A stretch of 64,000 bases of DNA. Source: Massalongia carnosa (Eukaryota). The translations under genes were made by a program, and so were the position numbers. The notes below the pieces were generated by a model, which saw only the letters and a program-made list of their open reading frames with translations, had not been told where the DNA came from and did no database searches. The stretch lies in assembly GCA_965645245.1 (NCBI GenBank), contig OZ287074.1, forward strand, positions 186,001 to 250,000, written 5' to 3'. Positions 20,134 through 32,484 of this stretch are shown one piece after another (position 1 is the stretch's first letter; each line of letters begins with the position of its first letter).

Positions 20134-23100
20134 ACTCTGCGCATCGTCGCGCGCAGAGCCCTATTTTAATTTCTTCTTGTCTGTTAGCCAACTCGTTTTC
20201 TCCCCCCCTTCAATCAAACACTCGTTTTTCCGCAGCCTCCGCTTTGGAGCTGTTTGAAACCGAAGAAGCGTTTCGAGATAGCCACCTAGTGGTATCATGT
20301 ATCTTACGTTTAGGTAGATCTCGAATTCAAGCTCTCAATCTGATTGATTGTGGTGCATCTGGCTATGCATTCATTGACAAGAAGTTTGCGCAAACTCACC
20401 AAATCCCCCTTCATCCCCTCAAATACGCCCGACGCCTTGAAGGCTTCGACGGTCAGCCGGCTCTGACTGGAAATATCACTCATGTGGCCGAGGTAATCAT
20501 GGACTTAAACGGACATGTAGAAAGATTATTCATTTTCGTAACAGGACTGAAAACCTACCCCATCGTCCTGGGACACCCGTGGTTGCGACGACATCAAGCT
20601 CTCGCTGATTTCGAGTCCAACTCTCTCTCCCTGTCTTCCTCTTTCTGCCTGGCTCATTGTAGCCCTCATCCAGTCAAGGTGAAGGCCTACACGGGCGAGA
20701 AATTCCTATCTCCTGCGGAAAGTCAGGAAGTATGGGAATCGGAAAACTACTCGTCCAATAGTCAAATCCTGTCCGAAAAACCTGTCCTGTCCGATAAAAC
20801 CACGCCGCGCGATAGTAAGACAACTTCTCTCGAAAATCAGGACATCAGTCGTATCGAAAAAGCGATTGAACAGGGCGACTCACCGAAAATCCGATATCGA
20901 AGTCCCTCTTCGTATCGCACCTCCACTCAGCGACATGCTGCCCAGCAGAATCGCAATCCTCCTGTTTTGGACGTCTGTGAAATCGGCGCCCTCAACTTCA
21001 ACTATCTCGGACGAAAAAAGAGTCACGAGATGTTTGCTCTCTCCTTGAAAGAAATCGATCACTTTCTCGGCCTGACTCAACCTGAACCTAAGCCTGAACC
21101 CAAACCCGAATCTCGCCTTCGTCAAGAGACTGACTGGGCACACTCGAAACCAACCTACCAACCCAACCCCCGGTCCAGCCCTAGTGAAAAGAAATATCAC
21201 TTAGCCCTGTTCCGTATGAACCAGGCTCTGACACAGTTATGTTCAGTGACCGAACCCGAACCTCAACCCTTGACACTGCAATCATCAGTGACCGCCGAAG
21301 AACTGAACGCTTATCGTGAGCGAAAGAACGTCGACCCAGCCCCCCTTCTACCCAAACAGTATCACGACTTTCTGGATGTCTTCTCCAAAAAAGAATCGGA
21401 CGTCCTGCCCGAACACCGACCCTACGACCATGCCATAAAGCTAAAAGAAGGCTCTCCAATCCCGAATCAAGCTCTTTATGGCATGAGTCGAACCGAAATC
21501 GAAGAACTCCGACGCTACCTTGATGAGAACCTGTCGAAAGGCTTCATCCGAGCTAGTAAATCCCCCGCTGCCTCCCCAGTCATGTTCGTAAAGAAGCCAG
21601 GAGGAGGACTTCGCTTCTGTGTCGACTATCGAGGCCTCAATGCCATCACGATTAAGAATCGGTATCCGCTTCCCCTGATCACCGAAACCCTGAATCGCCT
21701 GAGTCGGGCTAAGATATTCACCAAGCTGGACATTATTTCAGCGTTCAATCGGCTCCGCATCAAGGAAGGAGATGAAGAACTCACCGCATTCAGAACCCGT
21801 TTTGGCCTCTTCGAATCCCTGGTCCTACCATTCGGCCTCTGTAACGGCCCCGCCTCCTTTCAACACTTCATCAATGATACTCTTCGAGAGTATCTCGACG
21901 ACTTTTGCACGGCCTATCTAGATGACATTCTCATCTACAGCGAAATTGAAAGCGAGCATGAAATCCACGTCAAACGTATCCTCATCAAGCTGAGAGAAGC
22001 CGGGCTGCAAGTAGACATCACCAAATGTAAATTTCATGTCACAGAAGTTGCCTATCTCGGACTAATCGTAACCACCGAGGGAATCAAAATGGACCCCGCT
22101 AAAATCGAAACAGTAACTCATTGGCCAATACCGATCAATATGAAAGATGTACAAAGCTTTCTGGGATTTGCTAACTTCTATAGACGATTCGTATACGGCT
22201 TTAGTAAGATAGCCGGCCCACTGACGAATCTAACCAAAAAGGAGGTCAGCTTTCAATGGACTGACAAATGTCAACAGGCATTCGAAACTCTAAAAAAAGC
22301 TTTCACCTCGGAACTAATACTGATGCATTTCGATCCCGATCGTCCTATCATCGTGGAAACCGATGCTTCGGACTACGTCTCTGGTGGTATCCTTTCTCAG
22401 TATGACAACGAGAACGTGCTTCGCCCCATCGCATACTTCTCCAAGAAACACAACCCGGCCGAATGCAATTATGAGATCTATGACAAGGAACTCATGGCCA
22501 TCGTCCGATGCTTCGAAGAATGGAGACCGGAATTGGAAGGTTCTGCTCACCCCATCAGCGTTATCTCAGATCATAAGAATTTGGAATACTTCGCTTCAAC
22601 CAAACAACTCAGTCGTCGTCAAGCTCGCTGGTCCGAATTCTTATCCCGATTTGACTTTAAAATAGTCTATCGACCCGGAAAAGCTGGTGGAAAACCAGAT
22701 GCACTGACTCGTCGCTCAGGAGACCTCCCTAAAGAGGGGGATGAAACTGATGAAAGACATAAACATCAGCATCAAACCATCCTGAAAACTCATAACCTGG
22801 ACGACGAAGTGGCGAAAAGTTTCTTATCCACGATTATCCTAGCCCCCGCGTTCATCGAACAGGATCCCGAGTCCGTTGAACATGATCACGAGTTCATTGA
22901 ACCTGAACCACAGCTGGATCAGCCTGCCGACCAAACCAATCCTGGCCAAGACCCGACCGACGTCCCAACTCAGCTGTTATGGGAACAAGCTCTGGAACAG
23001 GATCAATTCTCTCTGAAAGTTCTAGACATGCTTCGCAATAATGTCAGATATCATAACGGCATTCAGCTAGCCGAATGTGAAGATAAAGAAGGGATTCTTT

Positions 23101-24512
23101 ATTTTCGAAACCGTCGATACGTCCCCAATTCGGATCGGCTCCGTCTCCGTCTCATTCAACAGGCACACGACAGCGTAGCAGGTGGCCATCCCGGTCGTTC
23201 CAAATGCTACGAACTAATGAATCGATCATACTGGTGGCCCAGTATGCATCAAACTGTCAAACGATTCATTCGTAACTGTCACACCTGTAGACGATCCAAA
23301 CCATCCCGCCAACGATACCAAGGATGGCTACGCCCTCTGTCCCCACCCGAACGTCGATGGCGTGACGTTTCCATGGACTACGTAGGTCCGCTGCCTCCGA
23401 GCACCTTCATGGGTATAACCTATCGTTATATCCTCGTCTTCATCGATCGCCTTTCCAAGATGCGACATTTCGTCCCCACCACCTCCATGGAGGTAGAAGA
23501 GGCTGCTAACTCCTTCTACCAAAATGTATGGAAATTACACGGTCTCCCAGACGCCTTGATTTCGGATCGAGGCACCCAATTCACCTCCGATTTCTGGGAC
23601 ATCATGTGTAAACGGCTTAGAATTGATGCTAGGCTATCAACCAGTTTTCATCCCGAGACAGATGGCCAAACCGAGAGGGCTAATGCAACCATGGAGCACT
23701 ATCTTCGGGCATACGTCAATTACATGCAAGATGACTGGGCCCAGTACTTACCCGGTGCCGAATTCTCCAGCAATAACACCGACTCCTCCAGCATTCTCGC
23801 CTCTCCCTTCCTGGCTAATTATGGACAACACCCCAGGGTAGGATTCGAACCCGAAGAGCCCCTTCCGCAAGACCTGACCGCCCAGGGAATCGCTAACCTG
23901 ATCGCCGCCAATCGATTCGTAGACAAGATGCGAGACGTAGACACTCACCTACGAGAAGAGATGTTGATCGCGCAGGCCTCATACGAATCTTCCGCCAATG
24001 AGAACCGCCGTCCCTGTCCTCGTTATCTTGTAGGAGACATGGTATGGCTGAACACCCGAAATATCCAGACAGCCCGTCCGGCAGCCAAACTGGACGATCG
24101 AAATGTCGGTCCTTACCGAGTCTGTAAGGTGTTCGCCAACCCTCTTGTTGTTCAACTGGAACTCCCCGACACGGTTAAAATTCATCCGGTCTTTCATGTA
24201 AATCTGCTACAACACGACGCAGACGACCCCCTCCCAGGACAAATTCCCGAGCTTCGCGACCCAATAATAGCCGAAGATGGACAGCGAGAATGGTATGTCA
24301 ACAGCATTCTGAACTCGAAACTGGACAGACGTTATCAACCTCCGCTTCTCAAGTATTTCGTCAACTGGGAAGGACATACCCCCACCTGGGAGCCATTTCA
24401 CCTACTAACCAACTGTCAACAAGCTCTGGACGAATTCCACGAAGCCTATCCTGGTGCATCCGGCCCACATCTCACCCCCTGTTCCATTCCTCGATGTCGC
24501 TGTCATGAATAA
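20121..24512 (+). CDS. pol: Pol of element C (PR-RT-RH-IN-chromodomain)
   Basis: LIDCGASG protease, YLDD, ETDASD, HPETDGQTE, GPY, chromodomain (WYVNSILNSK...TWEP). The frame is open from the slippery site at 20121. Confidence 0.96.
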   Translation, partial: GKRLDSAHRRAQSPILISSCLLANSFSPPLQSNTRFSAASALELFETEEAFRDSHLVVSCILRLGRSRIQALNLIDCGASGYAFIDKKFAQTHQIPLHPLKYARRLEGFDGQPALTGNITHVAEVIMDLNGHVERLFIFVTGLKTYPIVLGHPWLRRHQALADFESNSLSLSSSFCLAHCSPHPVKVKAYTGEKFLSPAESQEVWESENYSSNSQILSEKPVLSDKTTPRDSKTTSLENQDISRIEKAIEQGDSPKIRYRSPSSYRTSTQRHAAQQNRNPPVLDVCEIGALNFNYLGRKKSHEMFALSLKEIDHFLGLTQPEPKPEPKPESRLRQETDWAHSKPTYQPNPRSSPSEKKYHLALFRMNQALTQLCSVTEPEPQPLTLQSSVTAEELNAYRERKNVDPAPLLPKQYHDFLDVFSKKESDVLPEHRPYDHAIKLKEGSPIPNQALYGMSRTEIEELRRYLDENLSKGFIRASKSPAASPVMFVKKPGGGLRFCVDYRGLNAITIKNRYPLPLITETLNRLSRAKIFTKLDIISAFNRLRIKEGDEELTAFRTRFGLFESLVLPFGLCNGPASFQHFINDTLREYLDDFCTAYLDDILIYSEIESEHEIHVKRILIKLREAGLQVDITKCKFHVTEVAYLGLIVTTEGIKMDPAKIETVTHWPIPINMKDVQSFLGFANFYRRFVYGFSKIAGPLTNLTKKEVSFQWTDKCQQAFETLKKAFTSELILMHFDPDRPIIVETDASDYVSGGILSQYDNENVLRPIAYFSKKHNPAECNYEIYDKELMAIVRCFEEWRPELEGSAHPISVISDHKNLEYFASTKQLSRRQARWSEFLSRFDFKIVYRPGKAGGKPDALTRRSGDLPKEGDETDERHKHQHQTILKTHNLDDEVAKSFLSTIILAPAFIEQDPESVEHDHEFIEPEPQLDQPADQTNPGQDPTDVPTQLLWEQALEQDQFSLKVLDMLRNNVRYHNGIQLAECEDKEGILYFRNRRYVPNSDRLRLRLIQQAHDSVAGGHPGRSKCYELMNRSYWWPSMHQTVKRFIRNCHTCRRSKPSRQRYQGWLRPLSPPERRWRDVSMDYVGPLPPSTFMGITYRYILVFIDRLSKMRHFVPTTSMEVEEAANSFYQNVWKLHGLPDALISDRGTQFTSDFWDIMCKRLRIDARLSTSFHPETDGQTERANATMEHYLRAYVNYMQDDWAQYLPGAEFSSNNTDSSSILASPFLANYGQHPRVGFEPEEPLPQDLTAQGIANLIAANRFVDKMRDVDTHLREEMLIAQASYESSANENRRPCPRYLVGDMVWLNTRNIQTARPAAKLDDRNVGPYRVCKVFANPLVVQLELPDTVKIHPVFHVNLLQHDADDPLPGQIPELRDPIIAEDGQREWYVNSILNSKLDRRYQPPLLKYFVNWEGHTPTWEPFHLLTNCQQALDEFHEAYPGASGPHLTPCSIPRCRCHE

Positions 24513-25141
24513 AACTGCTTCGCAGGAGCTCAGCTCTTGAAAGGGGAGCTACTGTCATGAAATCGAACCAACCCGATCCAGAATCAATCCCGCAGATGAA
24601 TCTGACTAAGCTCCCGTTCCTCTATTCAGCTTAGTCAGAATCTCATTAACTAAATCGAGTTTAGACCCCTCTCAACGGCTTCAGGTCAAAGCTGTACCAT
24701 CACCATCAAAGCGTACCAACGACAGGAGAACCTCATCTCCACCTTTTATCGTCAAACACCTCGTCAAACCTTCGTGCCGTACGTCTCCTAATAGGGGGAG
24801 ATGAACACTGATCGAATCTTCATGCAAAGGGGTTCGAGACAAATATAAAAGGAAGGACAAGTTAATTAGATTGTTGACTCCTTGTCCGACGTCTTGTATA
24901 GCAATCCATCACCTAGCTATAGCCTTATTAATAAAGACATCTTGATCACCCAATCCAATTCCTAGGAACATTAGTTCAATCCCCTGCCCAGTCCTTGACA
25001 TAAGACAAGTATGAAAAATGAAACAAAGCATGCCTACTGTTAGCAGTATAGATACTGTGCTGTCAGCGAAAATTGTGACAACAAACCTGTCTTCATTAGC
25101 CACTTTGTAACTAATTTTATTGCTTTAGATGACTCAGTGAT

Positions 25142-27740
25142 TCATCGATAGTTGTTTATGCCTATCGTATTTAGCAGAGTTTTTCTGTTGTCGTTGAGTT
25201 TGCAAAACATGATCACATGTTTTGCAGTCTGTTTGTGCCAGCCACATGAGCAGTTTGGGGACGAGACGTCTGGGACTCGGTGTCTATGTAGGAAGGCGGC
25301 TAGGCCTATCTTTTCTGAGCGTATCTGAATGGCTAGCGCGCTCTCCGCTTTGGCTAGAGTTTCGTGCAATTAGATGCGTTTTTTGGAGAGTGAACCTGAT
25401 TGTGCCGGGGTGGGAACGGGTGTGCGTTCCTGATATGATCTCCACGAGGCCTGCCATGCAACTGTGTGTCGTTTTTTTATTTGAGCAGTTATTTTGTTAT
25501 GAGCGGCGCGTGCCTCCTCTATTTCTCGGGTGAGATTCGGAGGGTATTCGGCCCATGGTGGATTTAGTGTCGGTGTTGGAGGGTTATGTGCCTCCGATGT
25601 GATTCTCTTAGCCCAGGCGTATTTCAGCGTTCCTGGAATGATGACTGGGGCCCTCTTGCGTCCTGCCCGACCTCGAAGTTTATTGGCTATTTTGTTGCAT
25701 GCATTTGTGATGAAACTCTTTTGACCATTTCGACACAGGCGTTGTCTGGTCTGGGCCTGTAGTTGATCTAAATGTTTATCAATTGAGGCTATAAATTTCT
25801 CTGCTTCTAGTATAGCTATAGGCGTTGCTTTGAAGGATCCGGCTATTTTTCTTAGACATTTGTTTTGTATGACAGCCAGTTTGTTTGAGATGACGTTTCA
25901 TTTTTGAATTTCTTTTGGCATGTGCCAAACGGTGGAGCCGTACGTCATGGCCGGCCTGACTACGGCGGTGTAAACCTGGCTTGCCTTTAGAAGAGTGGCG
26001 CCCCATGTGGAGGTGGATATTTTTGTCAATGCCCTGGATTGTTTTGTCATTTTTTCCTGGATTTTCCTTGTGTGAGCACCCCATTTCAATTTTGAATCGA
26101 TTTGAAGTCCTAGAATTCTGATGTCTGTCTTTGGTTTTATGATGTTATTTCCTATTTGAATAACAGTGAACATGTTGAATTTCTTCGGATTTCTTGACAG
26201 ATGTATCAATTCGTATTTCTTCGGAGCGAAGACTGAACCATATCGACTTGCCCATTTTTCACATTTTTTGTGAATTACCTCTAGCGTCTTGCAATTTTCT
26301 TCGGTGCTTTTTCCGTATGCTAGCACATTGATGTCATCTACGAAGCCTGGAGCACTCGTGTTGCTGCCTGGTCTTTCACATATGTCTAGTAGGTCTACAT
26401 TGTAGAACAGATAAAGAATAGGAGAAATGGGGGAGCCTTGTGGGATTCCGGTTTTTACATCGAATATGCCCGTGACTCGGCTGTGAATCGCCAGGGTAAT
26501 GCTTCTTTCATTCAGAGAACTGTTCACCCAGTCAGTAATCCATTTTGGGATTTTCCTTTTGCGAAGATTGTGAATCAGTCTTCGATGTGTCACTGTGTCA
26601 TAGGCTCCTGCTACGTCCATGCTCAATAATGTGGCTACTTTGTCTGTGCCTTGGCCCCACACTGTATGAATTTGTTCAGTCAACAATTCTAGTGCAGATT
26701 CGGTTGATCTTCCTCGTCTGGCGCCCATCTGGGTGTCGGGCAGGAGTCGGTGGGTTTCCGCTAGATGGGTTATTTTTTGTGACATGATGGATTCCATTAC
26801 TTTTCCAAGCGTGTTTAGGAGTGCTATGGGTCGATAGGCGTTCAGGGCCGAATAGTCATCCTTGCCTGTTTTCTTGAGCGTGATTGTGTTGGCGGTTTTG
26901 AATGCACGAGGATGATATGCTTGTTCTACACATGCTTGAAACAGTGGGGTGAGTAATTCGACTAGCTTTTCCGAGCATGCCTTTACAATTCTGTTGGCTA
27001 TTCCGTCCGCACCCGGGGCCGTATCGGGCTTGAGTCGGCGTATGGCTTCCATCACCTCTAGTTTGGTTATGATCATTGGACATTGTGGCGGGCTGGGGTA
27101 AAATGAACCCTCTATGTCGCTGAGGTCGGCCGGAGGGGCGGGTGGAAAGAATTTCTGTTTTAGCATGTCCGATTTCTCCTCGAACGTCTCTGCTACTTGG
27201 TCGTCTCGAACGAGATTGGGCATTTTGGGAATTTCTCTTGTCTGGTCACTTTTGTCTTTCGCCCATTTGGCTCGTTGCCAGAGACCAGTCGGCGATTCGG
27301 TGGCTTTTTCTATTTCCTTTCGGAACGACAGTCTTTTAGCCTTTTGAATGATTTTTTGTTTTCTGTGATTGGATTTTGTGTATGTTATCCAATCAGATAT
27401 GTCTCTGGAATTGGACCAGACACGTCTGAGCCTACGAGTTTCTTTCGTGATCACACTGCATTCATCATTCCAAAAGGGTTTGGCGTACTTACTTGGTCTA
27501 GCCCAAGGTACAGAGGTTTCTATCACTTCTTGAAGAAATTTTTGAATTGACACGGTGTAAGCATCGATTTCGGCGGGGGATCGGGGTGTCTTCGGGGGGG
27601 GCGCCCTCTTTTCCGCTTCTCTCAGTTTTCTCATGTTCGTCAGTTTCCAGGCCCTGCGTTCTCTGATTGTTTGAACCTCACTGTTCAGGGCAATTCGGGT
27701 GGAGATCGGAATGTGATCGGACGACTGATTGAGTTCCGGT
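25142..27740 (-). pseudogene. LINE ORF2 (RT plus C-terminal Zn finger), in-frame TGA at 25898-25900
   Basis: YRPIALLNTLGK, GIPQGSPISPILY, GFVDDIN; the frame continues past the stop (QNKCLRKIAGSFKATP); CSCG...HVIMFC at 25142-25369. Confidence 0.92.
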
Positions 27741-27888
27741 GATATTAAATATATATCTTGTCGTCATGAATAATATCAATTTGCTACAGTGACCACTAAA
27801 CGAATTTCATAGCAGTATGAATTATCTATTGTTGCTGTTACAAAATCAACGTTTCAGTAAAATGATGCGATTATTTGTTTACATATAA

Positions 27889-28953
27889 CTAATATTTAGT
27901 ATAACCTCCAATTGCATTCAGGACTGCTTGCACTCGACGAGGCATTGACCGCATTAAACTTTCCAAAAACGCCTCCGTTATGTAGTCCCATGCCTCCAAG
28001 ATAGCATCAACAATGGCCTCTTGAATTTTGGGGCACTTGCTGACAGAATGCGTAATTCGGGGTGTCTTCTAAAGACTATGTTCTTCACTTTCTTCCATAC
28101 TATCTCGATGGGGTTCAAATCGGGGAAGTCGCTTTTCTTTGAACCAGTCTATATTTTGTGTGTTTTAGCTCCATCTTGCATGAAAACAATGCCCGAATCG
28201 TCATCGAGCATGGTAGGAAGATGTTCTTTATAAGCATCGAGTATAATCAACCCTGTGATACCTTTCTTTCCCGTACGATCTGGATCGAGCTTCAACGAGG
28301 TCAAACCACCCCGTCGATTGCCCGCAAAGCAGCCCCAGAACATCTTTGTGACTCTCGATCCATTGTTGACTGGTTCGAAGCATTCTTGATCCCATTTCTC
28401 ATTTGGAAGTCGAAAAACCCACACGTTCTCACTCCCATCCTGTTTGCAAACTGACATCTCATCAGACCAACACACTTGAGCCCACTCATCTCCGAAACAT
28501 CCTCATATTGACGTGCCTAGCCCAGCCGATCAGCAATATGAGCTTCCGTTAACATCGTACGATTAGCTGCGCGCCATTTGCGAACGTTTTGATCTCAAAG
28601 ACATCGTTTCATAGTAGTTCGAGAAACATCGGGATAATGTTAGCTTGCAACTTCCCCAGAGGCTGTCGACGACCCTTTGACCCCGATTTAATCGCTGCTC
28701 GTATCAAATGACGATCTTCTCATGCTGTGGTTATTTTGGGCCGACCAGATCGTACTTCCGATTTGTGGTCATCGCGTGTTGTAGCCTTCTTCAAGGTGTC
28801 TCCTATGGTGGAACGACCCCATTGCGGAAACTTTTCGTGTATAGTACTAACGGAGGCGCCGGCGAGACCCATACCGTAAATTTCAGCTCTGATTATGACG
28901 GGCACTTCTTTGCGCGTAGTTTTAGGCTGTTTAGAGCTACGTGGTGGTGGCAT
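27889..28953 (-). pseudogene. Degenerate Tc1/mariner (IS630-like) transposase
   Basis: HTH with RSGRPK; WSDE, MFWGCF, MQDGA, PDLNPIEIVW; frameshifts, stops and an internal deletion; TIRs not identified. Confidence 0.85.
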
Positions 28954-29074
28954 GATGGATTGAAAGGTGGTTGTTTACTTTTCAAAACTAAAAAAATTCT
29001 CGTCTATCCGGACACTTCTGACCCCGCATAAATAGATTTTTTATGCGATTATGAATATCCTAAGATCAACAACT

Positions 29075-30284
29075 ATGGAGTGCCTCCTTGCTGTGGGTGC
29101 CTGCTACATCGACACTGTCCTAACGTGAGTGAGCTTACCTTACGTCTTGTAAGGGCCTAACCCATTGTATAGTGTCGAGCATTACCCTGCAGAAGACGAG
29201 AAGCTTCGCGCTTCGCGCATTGTGCGACGCCGCGGTGGCAACTGCGCTAACACGCTCGAGGTGCTACAGCAACTAGTAAACATTGATAATGTCACTTCGG
29301 TCCCCTTAGTGCTGTCTGTTGTTCTTCCTTCGACTTTTTCCCCAGGAATCCAGCAGATCAGGGCCTCGTTTGGGCCTACAGTCGATCTAACACACTGTAT
29401 CTATCGGGAAGAATGCAACGAACCAGCCTCCAGTTATATTATCAGGAGCCTCTCTAGCGATACTAGAACCCTTGTCAACTACAATGAGCTGCCGGAGATG
29501 ACAAGTGAGGAATTTATTGCAACAGCCGACGAAGTCGGGAATGACTTAGGCTGGTGTCACTTTGAGGTTAGTGACACTCTGTCCTCATGGTTAGATATAG
29601 CATGGCGGATGATTGGCAGGGACGTATACCAGAAGTCACATTGGAATGCATGCGCCATCTCCGCAAACACTTCGCTGCTGTCAAAATCAGTGTAGAAGTG
29701 GAAAAACCTACCCGCACAGGCTTGCAAGATTTAGCGGCGGAAGCAGATGTCATCTTCTACTCAAAGAGCTGGGCTCTAGTCTGTAGTTCTCACCCTTGGA
29801 ATAATCTATTGACGCTGAGAATGTCTCTGGCCTAGGCACACGGTCATAAAACACCTGAAGACTGTCTACGAGCGCGGGCAGCTTTGAACACTAAAGCGTA
29901 GATGTCGCGATTTCTTCTGCGTCAATATTCAAACAGCGCTGATTCGATTCTCAGCTCGTTATTATGCTGTACCTGGGGGAACAAAGGTGCATCAGCTCTA
30001 GAGTTACCCAACACCTATGAGCATTATCCTGCGTATACCGAGAAGGAATCTCGCGTTGTCGAGTAGGTACTGTACAGATTGCTCACGGACACATGATTCT
30101 TACTTGGAATAGTACGATAGGCGCAGGCGACACATTCATCGCAGGCATGCTGTACAGTCTTATTTGCCATGCGGATGATTGGGATCTGTCGCGCAAGCTT
30201 GCGTTTGCAAATGAACTTGCAGGGCGTAAAGTGATGCAGGAGGGGTTTTCCGGCCTTGGAAGCATCATGCAGCATAATCTGTAA
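29075..30284 (+). CDS. Ketohexokinase-like PfkB-family sugar kinase (6 predicted exons)
   Basis: AVGACYIDTVL; RRGGNCANTLEVL; WCHFE|GR; SVEVEKP; CCTWG; spliced VVDTIGAGDTFIAG (PfkB signature). One predicted donor (GTCTGT ~29779) is weak. Confidence 0.85.
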
Positions 30285-30752
30285 ATGCTGGAATAGTCAG
30301 GGAGGTATCCAAGATACCCGGACTGCCGTAGTATAACCGCGGGACGCATAGATTTTCACATTGGCTTATCTTCCAAGTACTATCTGCCAGAAGAATTGCA
30401 GGATAGTGCTGATGATCTACAAACGAGAATAGCTGAACTTTGGAGCACCTTCAGTTGCTTTCGTCAGGGTTTATGTCTATCCTTCACAGGAGGACTTACA
30501 TCATTATAAATCGCGAATTGCAAGCCAGGTAAATCAACGGACCTTTGGATTTGCCCATGTTACACACTCATGCCATTGGTTACGACCTAGCTACCATTGA
30601 CTGGCTTGTATGAAATCTAGAACACAGCATTTGAGCCGTATGAGTTGAGGTACCTTGCAAACTACATGGCTTATTACAGAGACGTTTATTAAAGCTTTTT
30701 GTTTTTTGTTGATGAAGGAAATTCACAGATATTATAACAGTAGGTAGGAATA

Positions 30753-32161
30753 ATGGCCGTTCGAATCGACGGACTCGGTCATTCTCTAGTTGAAGGGAAC
30801 TTTGAGCTGGACCAAGCTATCCTTGAAGGTCTTCATCACTTCTACATCGTTGTCATTTGGCCAGCCTGCTAATTCGATGTCTCTAATATCTAGCTCTCCC
30901 TGTGCCTGGTTCCGAGGTTATCGCATCCCATGCATATGGCATGTGGGTTTGGGCTCGGCAAGCCAAAATAGTCTGCCGGTTGCCTGATGGACATATCGTG
31001 GACTACTTCCTGAAAGTATGTGATCGAAGTCTTTTTAGTGTTTAACGTATGCCCTAAGCTTTCGACTAGGTCACAACTGGCGAAAGTGACAAGGTTATGA
31101 GCGAAGGCCAGTATGAGTCCGACAAGGCTATTCACGCTGTCTTGCCTTCCTTTTGCCCCAAACCATATGCCTGGGGTCAGTATAAAGCTTCCAAAACACC
31201 CACCTATTTCCTCTTAGCAGAATTTCGCGAGATCGGCCAACAGCCACCGGAGCCAACCCTTTTTACATCAAGACTCGCCGAAGTTCACAAAAACTCAGTC
31301 TCTCCAACGGGTAGATTCGGCTTCCATACTACAACATGTCACGGGAAGGCTACTCAGCTCACTGACTGCTGGGAAGAATCCTGGGAGGTACTCTACTGCA
31401 ACCAGCTAGCCCACGCATTCGAGATGGACAAAATAAAGCATCTAGCCTGGCCAGAATATGAGTTTTGTGCGCGGCTGGTATTAGATAAGTGTATTCCTAG
31501 GCTTCTAGGTCCACTACAGAGCGAAGGCAGGAGCATTAAACCGTGTCTCATTCATGGGAATATCTGGGATCAGAATACAGCAACAGATATGGAAACAGGA
31601 GAACCGTTTGTGTTCGACGGAAGCGCATTTTACGGGCACAATGAATATGAGCTTGGGAATTGGAGGACACCGAGACACCGGCTGAGCAGTAAAACGTACA
31701 TCAGAAGTTACAAAAGATATTTTCCGGCGAGCGAACCAGGTAATCAGGAACCATACCCAGCGGCCTAGCCAGTTAATGAGACTAATGATCTTGTAGAGGA
31801 CGATTGGGACTCGAGGAATCTGCTTTATTCTTTGAGGTTTAATGTTACGGCTGCGACGCTTATCCCAGGGAGCAATTATCGTGAACAGTATGCCACATGT
31901 CTTATGTCGGTCTCTTCGTGACTAACATGTTGAATTGGAAGCGTCTTTGAGGACTTGATGGAGCTTTGTAAGCGCATCTGCCCTAACGATCTCGCTGCTT
32001 TCAAGTCCAAAGATCAAAACGATGGAAATGATCCCACTAAGGAAAAACAGGAGACGGAGGAGGAAGGGGAGGTGGCTGAAGAGGAGGAGGAAGAGGAGGA
32101 AGAAGAAGAGGAGGAGGAAGAGGAGGAGGAGGAGGAGGAGGAAGACCGAGATAGGAAATAA
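30753..32161 (+). CDS. Fructosamine-3-kinase / protein-ribulosamine kinase family protein with poly-Glu tail
   Basis: DYFLK|V, SPTGRFGFHTTTCHG, KPCLIHGNIW, FDGSAFYGHNEYELG, SEP|EDDWDSRNLLYSLRFN. Five predicted exons; the first donor is weak. Confidence 0.85.
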
Positions 32162-32484
32162 GTTCTAATCGTGATAATACGTCAATATCCTGTTTGTCAT
32201 AGACTATATTAGTTATGAGTCATAATTTGTCGAAAATATAATGTGGGAAATTTTTTGTACACCCGATGTCGAGAAAAGTAAAATTGTATGTCAACGGAAT
32301 TCTAGAGATATCATGTGGTCAAAAGTCTAATAGTAGCAGCTAGTCCGAGGAATGAAAATCTTGAGACGGCAATTGATGAGGAATGTGATATTGATACTCA
32401 CCGATGGCTTTGACTTCTAGCCGATCCTCCCCGTAAATCTACCGTGCTATGGATCATTCTAATAGGCTTCGCGTCGCTAAACAC

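Larger units (their letters stand above)
18422..25000 (+). mobile_element. Ty3/gypsy chromovirus (element C), intact
   Basis: 448-bp LTRs at 18422-18869 and 24553-25000, identical by eye; TSD TAAGA; PPT GAAAGGGGAG at ~24539-24548; uninterrupted gag and pol. Confidence 0.97.
18238..27740 (-). mobile_element. 5'-truncated Tad1-like LINE carrying element C in its 3' UTR
   Basis: (CAT)n 3' tail at 18238-18253 on the minus strand; 14-bp TSD GATATTAAATATAT (18224-18237, 27741-27754); truncation falls at the endonuclease C-terminal SDH motif (NQSSDHIPI). Confidence 0.9.

Noticed and set aside
27785..27800. TA|CAGTG as left TIR of the Tc1 relic
   Set aside because: No matching inverted copy found near 29.0 kb.
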